Assembly (NCBI GenBank): GCA_043814095.1
Contig: JBDRKI010000023.1
Span: 10,392 to 74,391 of the forward strand
Source: Armatimonadota bacterium
Lineage (GTDB): Bacteria > Vulcanimicrobiota > JACPDS01 > JBDRKI01
DNA length: 64,000 bases
Direction: 5' to 3'
The stretch's first letter is position 1, and the number at the start of each line of letters is the position of its first letter. Below, piece after piece: positions 29,365 to 39,689 of this stretch. The translations under genes and the position numbers were made by a program. The notes beneath the pieces were generated by a model. It had not been told where the DNA came from and ran no database searches. It saw only the letters and a list, made by a program, of their open reading frames with translations.

Positions 29365-30091
29365 TGTTCTTGCCTCGTTCGGCAATAGCGCATCGCAAAT
29401 TTGTAGTATTGATGTATGTGAAAAAATTGGTTGTATCGAAAAACAGGCTGTCGCTTTTTAATCCATATATTTTAAAAACTTTTTTAATAAATCTCGCTCT
29501 ATTTTTTCAATTGCCTCTACAGAAACCGCATCCATTAAATTCCAAAAATGCCGGCTATCAATTTTATTCAAACTACACCTGAGCAAATATTCGCAAGAAG
29601 TTGTTTTTACCCAGCTCCACCATCCATTCTTGCTCGTTGGCATGCAGGCTCGTCCCATGTCTGCAAGCAAAAGAGTAATCCCGGCTGTTAAATTATTTCT
29701 AACCGGCTTTTCGGCCGTGTAAGATCTGGATGACTTAATATATTGATTAATCGTTAAGGGAACTTCTAATTTATCAGCCACATTAAGCAATGCGGCCACG
29801 GCGCCATAGGTATATGATTTTAAGCGCAATCCATCGGTAAGCCCCCGCATGCGCCTTAATAAATCTTCAGCCTTGCCAAGATAAGCAAGGACAATAGGCC
29901 TTGGCTTGCTCTGGATTCCACTATGTACCAGTATCTGTGTCCTCTTGAATTCTTGGGTTGGATTGTAGCCATATTCAGCACTTCCTCAGTGTATACGTAA
30001 ATTTTGAAAACAAAAAAACCGCAACCTTGGTTGTTGTAATAAATTGCGGCTCAAACTTTTATCGGAAAATTAATTTCGTAATAAACTCACG
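29365..30091 (-). mobile_element. IS1634-family transposase remnant (frameshifted, truncated) with left end
   Basis: ATG 29972 MATIQPKNSRGHRYWYIVESR, frameshift to KPRPIVLAYLGKAEDLL, later frame gives LFFDTTNFFTYI; putative end near TAAACTCACG 30082-30091. Confidence 0.8.
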
Positions 30092-30215
30092 CTAGGTTTC
30101 CTCTCAATCCTAGAAAGATACTCACTAACTCTTAATTCTTGTTGAACCGCCGTATGCCGAACGGCTTGTACGGTGGTGTGAGAGGACGGGGGCTAACCGC
30201 CTCCTCCTACTCGAT
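30092..30215 (+). mobile_element. Group IIC intron 3' remnant (end of RT/maturase ORF, domains V-VI)
   Basis: LGFLSILERYSLTLNSC* followed by GAACCGCCGTATGCCGAACGGCTTGTACGGTGGTGTGAGAGG (DV, CGC triad) and DVI ending CTACTCGAT. Confidence 0.93.
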
Positions 30216-30223
30216 TTATTTAT

Positions 30224-31138
30224 TTACGCCAGAGGCAGACGGAATGTAAATTTAGTCCCTTGCTCTATACCGCTTTCCAGTTTTATCTCTGAAGCGTGGC
30301 CTTCTAGATAAGTTTTCACTATATATAATCCGAGTCCCGTGCCTTCGCTTCTTTGTCCTTTTATCCGGGTAAATTTTTTAAATACATCCTGCTGTTTTTC
30401 CTGGGGGATCCCGCATCCTGTATCCGAGACTTCAAAAGCTGCTTTATCCTTATGCCTGCGGCACGAGATTTTTATTGTCCCTCCCATAGGGGTATATCTT
30501 AATGCATTATTTACAAGATTGTAGAAAATATGGCGCAGTTTATCATAGTCGGCATGAACGGTTGTGTCTTTGCCTCCGGAAAAAGTAAGATTAACCTGTT
30601 TGAAATCGGCATAAGGCTTAAAAATATAATTTAATTCCTGGAATAAGTTTTCCACTTCAAAATTTTCAAAGTGGTAATCTGATTTACCCGAATCTATTTT
30701 AGCCGCGCCGGTTACATTGTTTACCATATAAAGGAGCGCGTTTTCGGAAAATCTCATGCCTTCTATACATGAGAGTTTTTCGTTGCCTTCCAGCCGGGGC
30801 AGGAGATCTGTAGTGGCTATTATGGTGCTTAATGGGGTTTTAAGGTCGTGTATAAGCATTGACAGGAACTCTTCCCGGGCTTTCTGGAGTTCTTTGTCCG
30901 CTTCTTTTCTTTCTTTGATCTGTTTTTTAAAGGGAAGTATCATAAAAAAATAAAGAGCGGGGAAAAGAGTTATAACAAGGAGGCCTGAGTCAATTCCCAG
31001 CTCTATCCATACAGGATAGGGCAGGTAGCGTATAAAAAGCATTATAAGGATATCGCATATAATTATCGCAAGTATTATAATGCCGAGCAGAAGCCAGAGT
31101 TTAGGTTCCGTATATTTTTTTTCTGTTGTATCTATCAT
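30224..31138 (-). CDS. Membrane sensor histidine kinase (no adjacent response regulator)
   Basis: 2 TM; HDLKTPL, NLVNNALRY, DTGCGI, GTGLGL. Confidence 0.93.
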   Translation of the reverse strand: MIDTTEKKYTEPKLWLLLGIIILAIIICDILIMLFIRYLPYPVWIELGIDSGLLVITLFPALYFFMILPFKKQIKERKEADKELQKAREEFLSMLIHDLKTPLSTIIATTDLLPRLEGNEKLSCIEGMRFSENALLYMVNNVTGAAKIDSGKSDYHFENFEVENLFQELNYIFKPYADFKQVNLTFSGGKDTTVHADYDKLRHIFYNLVNNALRYTPMGGTIKISCRRHKDKAAFEVSDTGCGIPQEKQQDVFKKFTRIKGQRSEGTGLGLYIVKTYLEGHASEIKLESGIEQGTKFTFRLPLA

Positions 31139-31143
31139 GATAA

Positions 31144-33027
31144 TTACTGCTGGTCTACAAGCTTCTCGGCTTCACCGAGAAGCTTTTCAAATAATTTTAT
31201 CGCCGGAGTTATGGATTCGGGCTTTGTCATATCAAGTCCGGCATTCTTTAAAAGTTCTATCGGGAAATCAGATCCGCCTGATTTTAAAAGAGTGAAATAT
31301 TTTTCTCTTGCGGGGGCGCCTTCTGTCATTATTTTATCATAGAAGTATGTGGATGCGGCAAAACAGGTAGAGTACTGGTATACATAATATTTGTAAAGGT
31401 AGAAATGGCGCACTCTTGCCCATTCATACGCATTTATATCATCTATCTGAACATCGGGACCGTAGTATTTCCTGCAGAGTTTGAGATAATAGCTGTCTAC
31501 CAGGTCTTTGGTTAGGGGCTTTCCTTCTTCTGTCCATGTATGAATCTGCTTTTCAAATTCAGCGAACATTGTTTGTCTGTAGAGCGTGGATATTGTACGG
31601 TGCAGGTAGTTCATGACAAGGTAAAGTTTTTCGTTTCTGTCTTTGCTGTGTTCAAGGAGATAGTTTATCATCATATGTTCATTAAAAGTTGAAGCTACTT
31701 CGGCTATGAATACTGGATAATTGGAATATACGTATGGCTGGTTTTCGTTTGTCCAGTAAGTATGTACCGAGTGCCCCAGTTCGTGGGCCAGGGTAAAAAC
31801 TTCTGACAGGTTATTGGAATAGTTTAAGAGTATAAAGGGTTTTGTTCCGTAAGCTCCCCAGGAATAAGCGCCTGCGCGCTTTCCTTTTGTTTCGTAAACA
31901 TCTATCCAGCGGTCGTTAAAGCCTTTTTCTATTATTGCCGTGTATTCTTTACCCAGCGGCTTTAATGCTTCCATTATGATTTTCCGGGCTTCGGGATAAG
32001 TTATCGAAGTTGCCGGGGGTTTTATTATAGGGTAATAGTGATCATAAACATTATAGTCTTCTAATCCAGAGAGCTTTTTTCTTAATGCATAGTAGCGGTG
32101 GACAACATCCAGGTTTTCGTTTATGACCTTAATAAGGTTATCATAAACATTTACGGGGATATTATCTTTATCAAGCACGTATTCCAATGTGGTTTTGTAT
32201 TTTGCGTTATTTGCATAAAACCAGTCGCCCTGGAGTTTTGCCGCAAGGATGCTGGTAAAGGTATTCATATACTGGCCGTATGTGTTGTAAAATGCCTCGT
32301 AAAATCTTTTACGCACATTCCTGTCTGTGCTCTCAAGTCCGGCTAAAAATGTGCCGTAGCTTAACTGGATATCTTTACCTTCTTCATCTTTAACTTTAGG
32401 AAATTTTATATCGGCGAAAAATAGTAAATTATAAATATTGGGGATGCCTTCATACATATCACCGGTTGAAGCTACAATAGCTTCTTTGTCGGCCGATAAA
32501 ATATGAGCCCTTAAGTGTCTTAATTTTTCAAAGTAAAAATCATAGGTTTTTAGCCCGGGTTCCTGATTTATAAAATTTGAAAGTTTTTTATCGGGAAGAG
32601 CCAGTATCTCCGGATCTATAAAGGAAAGAGAGGTATTTGTTTTAGTTCTTAAGGAAGTTGCCCGGGACTGTAGCGCCTGGTATGCTTCATTTTTTGCGTC
32701 TTCATCCGAGCGCATTACGGCATAAGAGTAGATCCTGTCATTAAGCATATATATTTTATCTGTAAGTTTTAGCCCCGAAAGAAGTCTCTGCGCGGAATCA
32801 GTAAGGTTGCCTTCATAGCCTTCCGCCTCTTTTAAAAGTTTTTCGCACTCGGAAAATTCTTTCTCCCAGTCTGCATCGGTTGCGTACATTGATTCAAGAT
32901 CCCATTTATATTCTTCCTGTATCTGGGATCTTTCTTTTGCTTCCTCAATAGCGGAAAATCCGGGCACTGCAAGGATAAACGCTATAAGAAGCAGGACGGT
33001 GATTAGTTTTACAGATGTCTTTTTCAT
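31144..33027 (-). CDS. pepF: Oligoendopeptidase F (M3B) with signal peptide
   Basis: YKWDL, WIDVYE..GKRAGAYS, TLAHELGHSVH, AEVASTFNE, YVYQY. Confidence 0.95.
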   Translation of the reverse strand: MKKTSVKLITVLLLIAFILAVPGFSAIEEAKERSQIQEEYKWDLESMYATDADWEKEFSECEKLLKEAEGYEGNLTDSAQRLLSGLKLTDKIYMLNDRIYSYAVMRSDEDAKNEAYQALQSRATSLRTKTNTSLSFIDPEILALPDKKLSNFINQEPGLKTYDFYFEKLRHLRAHILSADKEAIVASTGDMYEGIPNIYNLLFFADIKFPKVKDEEGKDIQLSYGTFLAGLESTDRNVRKRFYEAFYNTYGQYMNTFTSILAAKLQGDWFYANNAKYKTTLEYVLDKDNIPVNVYDNLIKVINENLDVVHRYYALRKKLSGLEDYNVYDHYYPIIKPPATSITYPEARKIIMEALKPLGKEYTAIIEKGFNDRWIDVYETKGKRAGAYSWGAYGTKPFILLNYSNNLSEVFTLAHELGHSVHTYWTNENQPYVYSNYPVFIAEVASTFNEHMMINYLLEHSKDRNEKLYLVMNYLHRTISTLYRQTMFAEFEKQIHTWTEEGKPLTKDLVDSYYLKLCRKYYGPDVQIDDINAYEWARVRHFYLYKYYVYQYSTCFAASTYFYDKIMTEGAPAREKYFTLLKSGGSDFPIELLKNAGLDMTKPESITPAIKLFEKLLGEAEKLVDQQ

Positions 33028-33059
33028 AAACTTCCTCCCGTATTAAATATATACGTAAA

Positions 33060-34460
33060 TTACTGCCAGCCCGTTAAGACCGGCCATATTAAAAGCGCCA
33101 TGCTTAAAATGCAGTAGAAAATAAGAAGGGGCATCATCCATCTTACCCATCTGCCCCAGGGTATTACGGCTAATCCCAGAACTCCCATTGTTACGGCTGA
33201 TGTGGGGAGAACCGGGTTTACAAGCTCGCATAGCTGGAAGGCGAGCACCGAGGTCTGGCGGGTTATGCCTGTTAAATCGCTTAACGGCGCCATGATGGGT
33301 ATGGTTAACGCGGCCTGCCCGCTTCCAGAATGAACAAAGAAATTGATTATGCATTGGACGTAAAACATAAGCCATGCCGTTATAACAGGCGGGAATCTGG
33401 ATATGAAGTTTGATAAAAAGTAAAGGATTGTATCAAGTATCTTTCCGTCAACGGCTATTATAAGGATTGCCTTTGCGCATGCTATTATAAGGATGGGGTT
33501 TATCATATCTTTAGCGCCGTTTGCATATGCCTTTGCTATTTTATCTGAATCAAGCCCTCCCGCGATACCGCATATAAGTCCGAGGGCCAGAAATAAAGCG
33601 GCAATCTCTTCAATATACCACTGCCATTTTAAAATACCGTATATAAGTACAACCATCCCCAGAACAAATATAGAGAGAACAAGTTTGTGCCGGAAGGTTA
33701 CTTCAGCTTCTATTGTCTGATCTTTTTCAATCTTATCTTTGCGCAGTTTGTCTAAGTCATGCACAGGGCTGAGGTTGGGATTTTTATAAATTTTGCCGGC
33801 ATAAAGCATGACAAATGTGATGGTTACTGTGGTAGTGATAATCCATATTATTATCCTGTACTCAAGTCCCGAATAAAGCGGTATGCCTGCGAAATTCTGC
33901 GCTATACCCACGGTGAAAGGATTAAAGAACGCTCCTCCGAATCCGGCGGCGGCTCCCAGAAACGGTATTGCCACACCAACAAGGGAATCGTAGCCCAGGG
34001 AAACCGCAAGCGGCACGAATATAAGGATGAAGGGGAGGGTTTCCTCGCACATCCCGAATACCGCGCCTCCCAGGGAAAATATTGTCATTATAACAGGGAT
34101 AAATAACACGCGCAGGTATTTATTTTTTCCGAGTATAAGGGCGGCTTTGTTGATAAATGAAGTCACCGCTCCTGTTTCCTGTATGACGCAGAATGCCCCG
34201 CCTATTACAAGCAGGAATACTATTATTCCTGCGCCTTCTTTAAATCCCTTGATGGGCGCTGTCAGGATCTGTATGCTCTGCGGGTTATGTTCGGTATATT
34301 TAAATGAGCCCGCTACCGTGATTTCTTTGCCGTTTTTCTCAACTCTTTCGTATTCCCCGCCCGGTATTATCCATGTGCACAGAGCCACAAGTACAATTGT
34401 AAAGAAGATAAGCGCCAGGGTATTGGGCATTTTAAAGCGGAATTTTTTCTTTTCTTCCAT
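33060..34460 (-). CDS. YfcC/ArcD-like (DcuC family) antiporter
   Basis: TWIIPGGEYER, NPFTVGIAQ, SGSGQAALTIPIMAPLSD. Confidence 0.9.
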   Translation of the reverse strand: MEEKKKFRFKMPNTLALIFFTIVLVALCTWIIPGGEYERVEKNGKEITVAGSFKYTEHNPQSIQILTAPIKGFKEGAGIIVFLLVIGGAFCVIQETGAVTSFINKAALILGKNKYLRVLFIPVIMTIFSLGGAVFGMCEETLPFILIFVPLAVSLGYDSLVGVAIPFLGAAAGFGGAFFNPFTVGIAQNFAGIPLYSGLEYRIIIWIITTTVTITFVMLYAGKIYKNPNLSPVHDLDKLRKDKIEKDQTIEAEVTFRHKLVLSIFVLGMVVLIYGILKWQWYIEEIAALFLALGLICGIAGGLDSDKIAKAYANGAKDMINPILIIACAKAILIIAVDGKILDTILYFLSNFISRFPPVITAWLMFYVQCIINFFVHSGSGQAALTIPIMAPLSDLTGITRQTSVLAFQLCELVNPVLPTSAVTMGVLGLAVIPWGRWVRWMMPLLIFYCILSMALLIWPVLTGWQ

Positions 34461-34562
34461 GGCCCCTTCCTTAATAAAAGAGATATTTTTAAAAGGAGAA
34501 AAAGAAGGTTTTGGGAATTTATTTTCTCAAAAGAAACTTTATTCCTGCAAGGGGGATATTTC

Positions 34563-35156
34563 ATGAAACAGGATTTAATATCAAGCCCGGACACGGAAAG
34601 GGAAAACAGGATACCTCCCGGACAGCATCTTACGGGGGACTGGCCGGTTCTCCATGCGGGGGATATACCGGAAGTAGATATATCATTATGGAGATTTAAA
34701 ATAACGGGGCTTGTTGATAAAGAAAAGGAATTGACTTTTGAAGAATTTGATAAGCTTCCGAAAGTCAGGGTTTTTTCCGATATACACTGTGTTACCACCT
34801 GGTCGCGTCTTAATAATACATGGGAGGGTGTAAGCGCGAAAAAGACAAAAGATATAGTTAAAATTATGCCTGAAGCAAAATTTGTCATAGTGCATGCGGA
34901 GGGCGGTTTTACGACTAATCTTGAAATAGAAGATTTTTTCGCGGAAGATGTCCTCTTTGCCTTAAAGCACGATGATTCCCCGCTTGATTCCGGACACGGG
35001 GGCCCGGTTCGGCTTGTTGTGCCGCGTCTTTATTTCTGGAAGAGCGCTAAATGGGTTACGGGAATTGAATTTACGGATACTGACAGGCCCGGTTTTTGGG
35101 AGTCAAACGGGTATCATAATCACGGCGATCCGTGGAAAGAAGAAAGATACAGTTAA
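34563..35156 (+). CDS. Sulfite oxidase-like molybdopterin oxidoreductase (YuiH-like)
   Basis: DIHCVTTWS, HGGPVRLVVPRLYFWKSAKW, GFWE..GYH. Confidence 0.92.
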   Translation: MKQDLISSPDTERENRIPPGQHLTGDWPVLHAGDIPEVDISLWRFKITGLVDKEKELTFEEFDKLPKVRVFSDIHCVTTWSRLNNTWEGVSAKKTKDIVKIMPEAKFVIVHAEGGFTTNLEIEDFFAEDVLFALKHDDSPLDSGHGGPVRLVVPRLYFWKSAKWVTGIEFTDTDRPGFWESNGYHNHGDPWKEERYS

Positions 35157-35168
35157 AAAGAGGTGCGT

Positions 35169-36638
35169 ATGAATTTATTTAAAAGAAAATCAGCCTCTCT
35201 AATAATCAAGGAATCCGAAGGCGTTCACGAGCATACATTAAAGAAATCTTTAAATTATTTTGACTTGATCCTGCTCGGGATAGGCGCCGTTATAGGCGCC
35301 GGTATTTTTGCCACGGTAGGCACCGCGGCGGCCGGCGGGGCGAACCACGCAGGCGCGGGACCCGGCCTTATTTTATCTTTTGTGATAACCGCTGTTGCGT
35401 GTTCTTTCTGCGCGCTCTGCTACGCGGAGTTCGCCTCACTCCTGCCTATAGCGGGTAGCGCTTACACCTATACTTACGCCACGATGGGCGAGCTTCTAGC
35501 CTGGATTATCGGATGGGATCTTATCGTTGAATATGCCGTGGGAAATGTTGCCGTGGCTATCTCATGGTCGGGATATCTTCGCGAGTTTGTGCGGGGTTTC
35601 GGGATAAACATACCCTTGTGGCTCTGCACCGATTCCAGAACGGCTCTGGCTGCGCCAGAGATAATTAATAATGCCCCTCATGTTTTAGGTATTCCTATAG
35701 TAATTAATCTTCCGGCTGTTTTAATTGTTGCTTTTGTAACCTATATACTTGTTGTAGGGATAAAGGAAAGCTCCAATTTCAACGCTGTTATGGTAGCTGT
35801 TAAAATTCTGGTACTCTTTTTCTTTATAGCAATCGGAGCTTTTTATGTGAAACCGCAGAACTGGTCGCCTTTTATGCCCAACGGCTGGGCCGGGATACAG
35901 ACAGGCGCCGCCCTTATATTTTTTGCGTATATTGGTTTTGATGCCATATCAACAACCGCTGAAGAGGTTAAAAATCCTAAAAAGGATCTGCCTATAGGTA
36001 TTATAGGTTCACTGGTAATCTGTACTATTATTTATATCGCCGTAACCGTCGTTTTAACCGGCATTGTGCCTTACACAAAGCTGGGAACGGCCGAACCTCT
36101 AGCTACTGCGTTAAACGCGATAAACTTAAACTGGGCGGCCGGAATTGTTTCTTTCGGCGCGCTTATAGCCACAACCGCGGTTCTTCTTGTTTTCCAGATG
36201 GGCCAGCCCAGAATATTTTTTTCAATGTCAAGGGACGGGCTTCTTCCGAAAGTTTTCTCATCCATTCACAAAAAATTTAAGACCCCTCATGTTGTCACGA
36301 TTATAACGGGGGTGGCTGTTGCCGTTTTCGCGGCTTTCGCGAATATTGACGAGATGGTTGAGCTCTGCAATATAGGGACGCTTTTCGCGTTTATTCTTGT
36401 CTGCGCCGGGATTATAATTTTAAGGTATAAAGAACCCAATCTTATAAGAGCGTTTAAGACGCCTCTTGTGCCGCTTGTGCCTATACTGGGGATATTATCA
36501 TGCCTGTATCTGGCTTGGGGGCTCCCGGGAAAGACATGGCTCCGGTTCGGAGTATGGCTCGCTATAGGGCTTGTTATTTATTTTATCTACGGGTATAAGC
36601 ACAGCAGGCTTAGAAAATCAAATAATCAAGAGAAATAA
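35169..36638 (+). CDS. Amino acid permease (CAT/YfnA-like)
   Basis: GIGAVIGAGIF, CYAEFAS, GSAYTY, FFAYIGFDA, MSRDGLLP. Confidence 0.93.
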   Translation: MNLFKRKSASLIIKESEGVHEHTLKKSLNYFDLILLGIGAVIGAGIFATVGTAAAGGANHAGAGPGLILSFVITAVACSFCALCYAEFASLLPIAGSAYTYTYATMGELLAWIIGWDLIVEYAVGNVAVAISWSGYLREFVRGFGINIPLWLCTDSRTALAAPEIINNAPHVLGIPIVINLPAVLIVAFVTYILVVGIKESSNFNAVMVAVKILVLFFFIAIGAFYVKPQNWSPFMPNGWAGIQTGAALIFFAYIGFDAISTTAEEVKNPKKDLPIGIIGSLVICTIIYIAVTVVLTGIVPYTKLGTAEPLATALNAINLNWAAGIVSFGALIATTAVLLVFQMGQPRIFFSMSRDGLLPKVFSSIHKKFKTPHVVTIITGVAVAVFAAFANIDEMVELCNIGTLFAFILVCAGIIILRYKEPNLIRAFKTPLVPLVPILGILSCLYLAWGLPGKTWLRFGVWLAIGLVIYFIYGYKHSRLRKSNNQEK

Positions 36639-36741
36639 AGGTCATACTTTTGTCAATATTGTTTCACAGGCAGGAAAACTTACGTTATTATGTAAAATTA
36701 TATCTTTAACCTTGTTATTATTTTAATTAAAGGGTTGGGAT

Positions 36742-37392
36742 ATGATTGATTTTGTCAAAAACAAGTTAAAAGGTGATACAAGAGGCATAATTACAACGGC
36801 AAGGATAGAAACATTAAGCGACGGTATTTTTGCAATAGTTATGACACTGCTTGTTCTTGATATAAAGATTATCCCTCCGGGGACAAACGAGATGGAAAAC
36901 CTTATGCAGATTTTCAGGAGTCTTGCCCCGAAGATAGCAACTTATATACTGGCTTTTTTAATTCTCGGCTCTTTCTGGGTAGCGCATCATCTCCAGTTTT
37001 CATATATTAAGAGGTCAAATAAAATACTGCTCTGGATAAATATCGTGTTCCTGATGAGTATAGCTTTTATACCGTTTTCAACTTATATGATTCATGAATA
37101 CGGCGGCCATCATATAGTGGTTCTCCTGTTCGGTGCGAACCTGACCGTAGCAAGCATCCTGCTTTATTTTAACTGGTTTTACGCGGCAAGGATAGGCGGT
37201 CTTGTTGACAAGGATTTGGATCCCAAGCGTATAGAAGCTATCTCTTGGAAATCAATAGCCGTTATGCTGGTGTATGTAGCGGCTCTTCTGGTTTCGTTAT
37301 ATAAAATAGACTTGAGTTATTATGTGTATTTTCTTATACCGGTACTGCAGTCTGTAGTGGGCAGAAAATTTGACAATGCACAGTCCGGTTAA
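36742..37392 (+). CDS. TMEM175-family (DUF1211) potassium channel
   Basis: RIETLSDGIFAIVMTLLVLDI; FWVAHH. Confidence 0.9.
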   Translation: MIDFVKNKLKGDTRGIITTARIETLSDGIFAIVMTLLVLDIKIIPPGTNEMENLMQIFRSLAPKIATYILAFLILGSFWVAHHLQFSYIKRSNKILLWINIVFLMSIAFIPFSTYMIHEYGGHHIVVLLFGANLTVASILLYFNWFYAARIGGLVDKDLDPKRIEAISWKSIAVMLVYVAALLVSLYKIDLSYYVYFLIPVLQSVVGRKFDNAQSG

Positions 37393-37428
37393 AGGAAAAA
37401 AAATAAAGAAAAGGTATTAATTTAAATT

Positions 37429-38652
37429 ATGAGTAAAGAAAAAATTTCATTTGCGGTAATAGGATGCGGGACAGTCGGGAGCGAGGTCATCCGCCAGTTT
37501 CTTGCCAAAAAAGATTCAGAGCTTTTTTCTTCTTTTGAGCTTAAATATGTGTGTGAGAAATATCCTAAAAAAGAATATAATTTTCCATTCCCTTTTGATA
37601 TTTTATGCGAAGATGCTCAAACAGCAATAAATGATCCGGAAATAAAATTTATTATAGAGCTTATAGGGGGCATAAATCCGGCAAAAGAGATCATTATAGA
37701 CGCATTAAAGAAAGGCAAACACGTGATAACGGCTAACAAGGCTCTTCTCGCGGAAGAAGGGAATGAGGTTTTTGCCGAGGCCCATAAAGCAAAGAGGATG
37801 ATAAGGTATGAAGCCGCGGTAGGCGGGGGGATGCCTGTAATAAGGGCGCTTCAGGAGAATCTTTCTGCGGATGAAGTAGTTTCTTTTGAGGGGATACTTA
37901 ACGCCACCACAAATTATATTCTAACAAGAGTCAATAATTTCCACGAAACGATTAAGGACAGTATTAAAGAAGCCCAGAAGCTGGGTCTTGCCGAACAGGA
38001 TCCTTCAAAAGACGTTGAAGGCATAGATGCCGCTCATAAACTTGCTCTTCTTGCAACCACAATAGACGGATGCGTGCCTCCGTTTTGGTCCATTAAATAC
38101 AAAGGAATTATGGATATTACCGAGCTTGATTTCCAGGTTGCCGAGAAGCTAGGGTTTACTATTAAGCTTATAGCTAAATACGTAAAAAATGAGATTTTGA
38201 GAGTAGAACCCCTAATGATACCTGCCTCAAATCCTCTATATAGCGTAGATTATGAATTAAACGGGATTAATTTTAACTGCGAAAATTTAGGTAATATATT
38301 TATCTCCGGCGCAGGCGGGGGAGGCAAACCTACCGCTGTATCGGTTCTTTCCGATATACTCCAGATTGAGAAAGATATACAGCTCGGCAGTTATATCCCG
38401 GCGCTTAAGAGCTGTAAGCTTATGGATAATATTAATTTCCCGAATAACTACTGTATTTATAAAGCGGGGAAAGATATATCTTTTGCAACCTCTCTGCCTC
38501 TAAAGCAGAAAGGTGTATTTAAAATTGAAAATAAAGAATACGCAGTAGCTATAACAGAAAAAATTTCCGATAATGAACTAAGCAAGTTCTCGGAGGTGCA
38601 TACGGATTTAAAGGTAATTTCTATTGAACTTGAAAAAGGAGATATATCCTGA
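37429..38652 (+). CDS. hom: Homoserine dehydrogenase
   Basis: GCGTVG, VITANKA, YEAAVGGG, GILNATTNYIL, DVEGIDAAHK. Confidence 0.93.
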   Translation: MSKEKISFAVIGCGTVGSEVIRQFLAKKDSELFSSFELKYVCEKYPKKEYNFPFPFDILCEDAQTAINDPEIKFIIELIGGINPAKEIIIDALKKGKHVITANKALLAEEGNEVFAEAHKAKRMIRYEAAVGGGMPVIRALQENLSADEVVSFEGILNATTNYILTRVNNFHETIKDSIKEAQKLGLAEQDPSKDVEGIDAAHKLALLATTIDGCVPPFWSIKYKGIMDITELDFQVAEKLGFTIKLIAKYVKNEILRVEPLMIPASNPLYSVDYELNGINFNCENLGNIFISGAGGGGKPTAVSVLSDILQIEKDIQLGSYIPALKSCKLMDNINFPNNYCIYKAGKDISFATSLPLKQKGVFKIENKEYAVAITEKISDNELSKFSEVHTDLKVISIELEKGDIS

Positions 38653-39689
38653 TGTATATATTTGAAAAATATAAGGAGTATCTGCCTATAACTTCCAGTA
38701 CTCCGCTTATATCTTTAGAAGAATGCAACACCCCCCTTATACCTTCTAAATTTTTTAAAGACCATAAAGTTTATTATAAATTTGAAGGGATGAACCCCAC
38801 AGGTTCTTTTAAAGACAGGGGTATGTGTATAACTGTTTCCAAGGCGCTGGAAGAAGGAGCCAAAGCCGTTATATGCGCGTCAACAGGGAATACTTCCGCA
38901 TCCGCAGCCGCGTACGCAGCGCGCGCGGGAATAAAATGCATCGTCCTTATACCGCATAACTCAATTGCCCTCGGCAAGCTTTCACAGGCGATGATAGTAG
39001 GAGCGAAAGTTATAGCGGTAAAAGCCAATTTTGATAAAGCGTTGGAACTTGTGCGCAGTATATCAAAAAATTATCCCGTTACACTTGTTAATTCAGTGAA
39101 CCCCTACCGAATTTCCGGCCAGAAAACAGCTTCTTTTGAAATATGCGATAAACTGGGATCTGCTCCGGATTATCTTTTCATTCCCGTTGGCAATGCCGGG
39201 AATATAACCGCGTACTGGAAAGGTTTTAAGGAATATAAAGACAGCGGGAAGATAGACAGTCTTCCTAAAATGATGGGATTCCAGGCAGAAGGCGCCTCTC
39301 CCATAGTTAACGGGAAGGTTGTTGAGAACCCGCAGACTCTCGCAACAGCTATAAAGATTGGCAACCCCGCAAGCTGGAAAGGCGCAGTTGATGCAAGGGA
39401 TTCCTCGGGCGGGCTCATAGAGAGTGTTACCGATAACGAGATAATAAAAGCGCATCATATACTGGCGGTAGAAGAAGGAATCTTCACCGAACCCGCCTCT
39501 GCCGCATCTGTTGCCGGGCTTATAAAACTTATTGAGAGCGGCTATTTTAAAGAAAAAAATAGAAATATAGTATGTGTCTTAACAGGCCACGGTTTAAAAG
39601 ACCCGGATTTTGCGGTTAAACATTCGCCGCAGGTGGAAGTTACAGAGCCCGATGAGGATAAAATATTAGAAAAGGCAGGATTATTATAA
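38652..39689 (+). CDS. thrC: Threonine synthase
   Basis: NPTGSFKDRG, CASTGNTSAS, VGNAGN, TGHGLKDP. Confidence 0.96.
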   Translation: MYIFEKYKEYLPITSSTPLISLEECNTPLIPSKFFKDHKVYYKFEGMNPTGSFKDRGMCITVSKALEEGAKAVICASTGNTSASAAAYAARAGIKCIVLIPHNSIALGKLSQAMIVGAKVIAVKANFDKALELVRSISKNYPVTLVNSVNPYRISGQKTASFEICDKLGSAPDYLFIPVGNAGNITAYWKGFKEYKDSGKIDSLPKMMGFQAEGASPIVNGKVVENPQTLATAIKIGNPASWKGAVDARDSSGGLIESVTDNEIIKAHHILAVEEGIFTEPASAASVAGLIKLIESGYFKEKNRNIVCVLTGHGLKDPDFAVKHSPQVEVTEPDEDKILEKAGLL

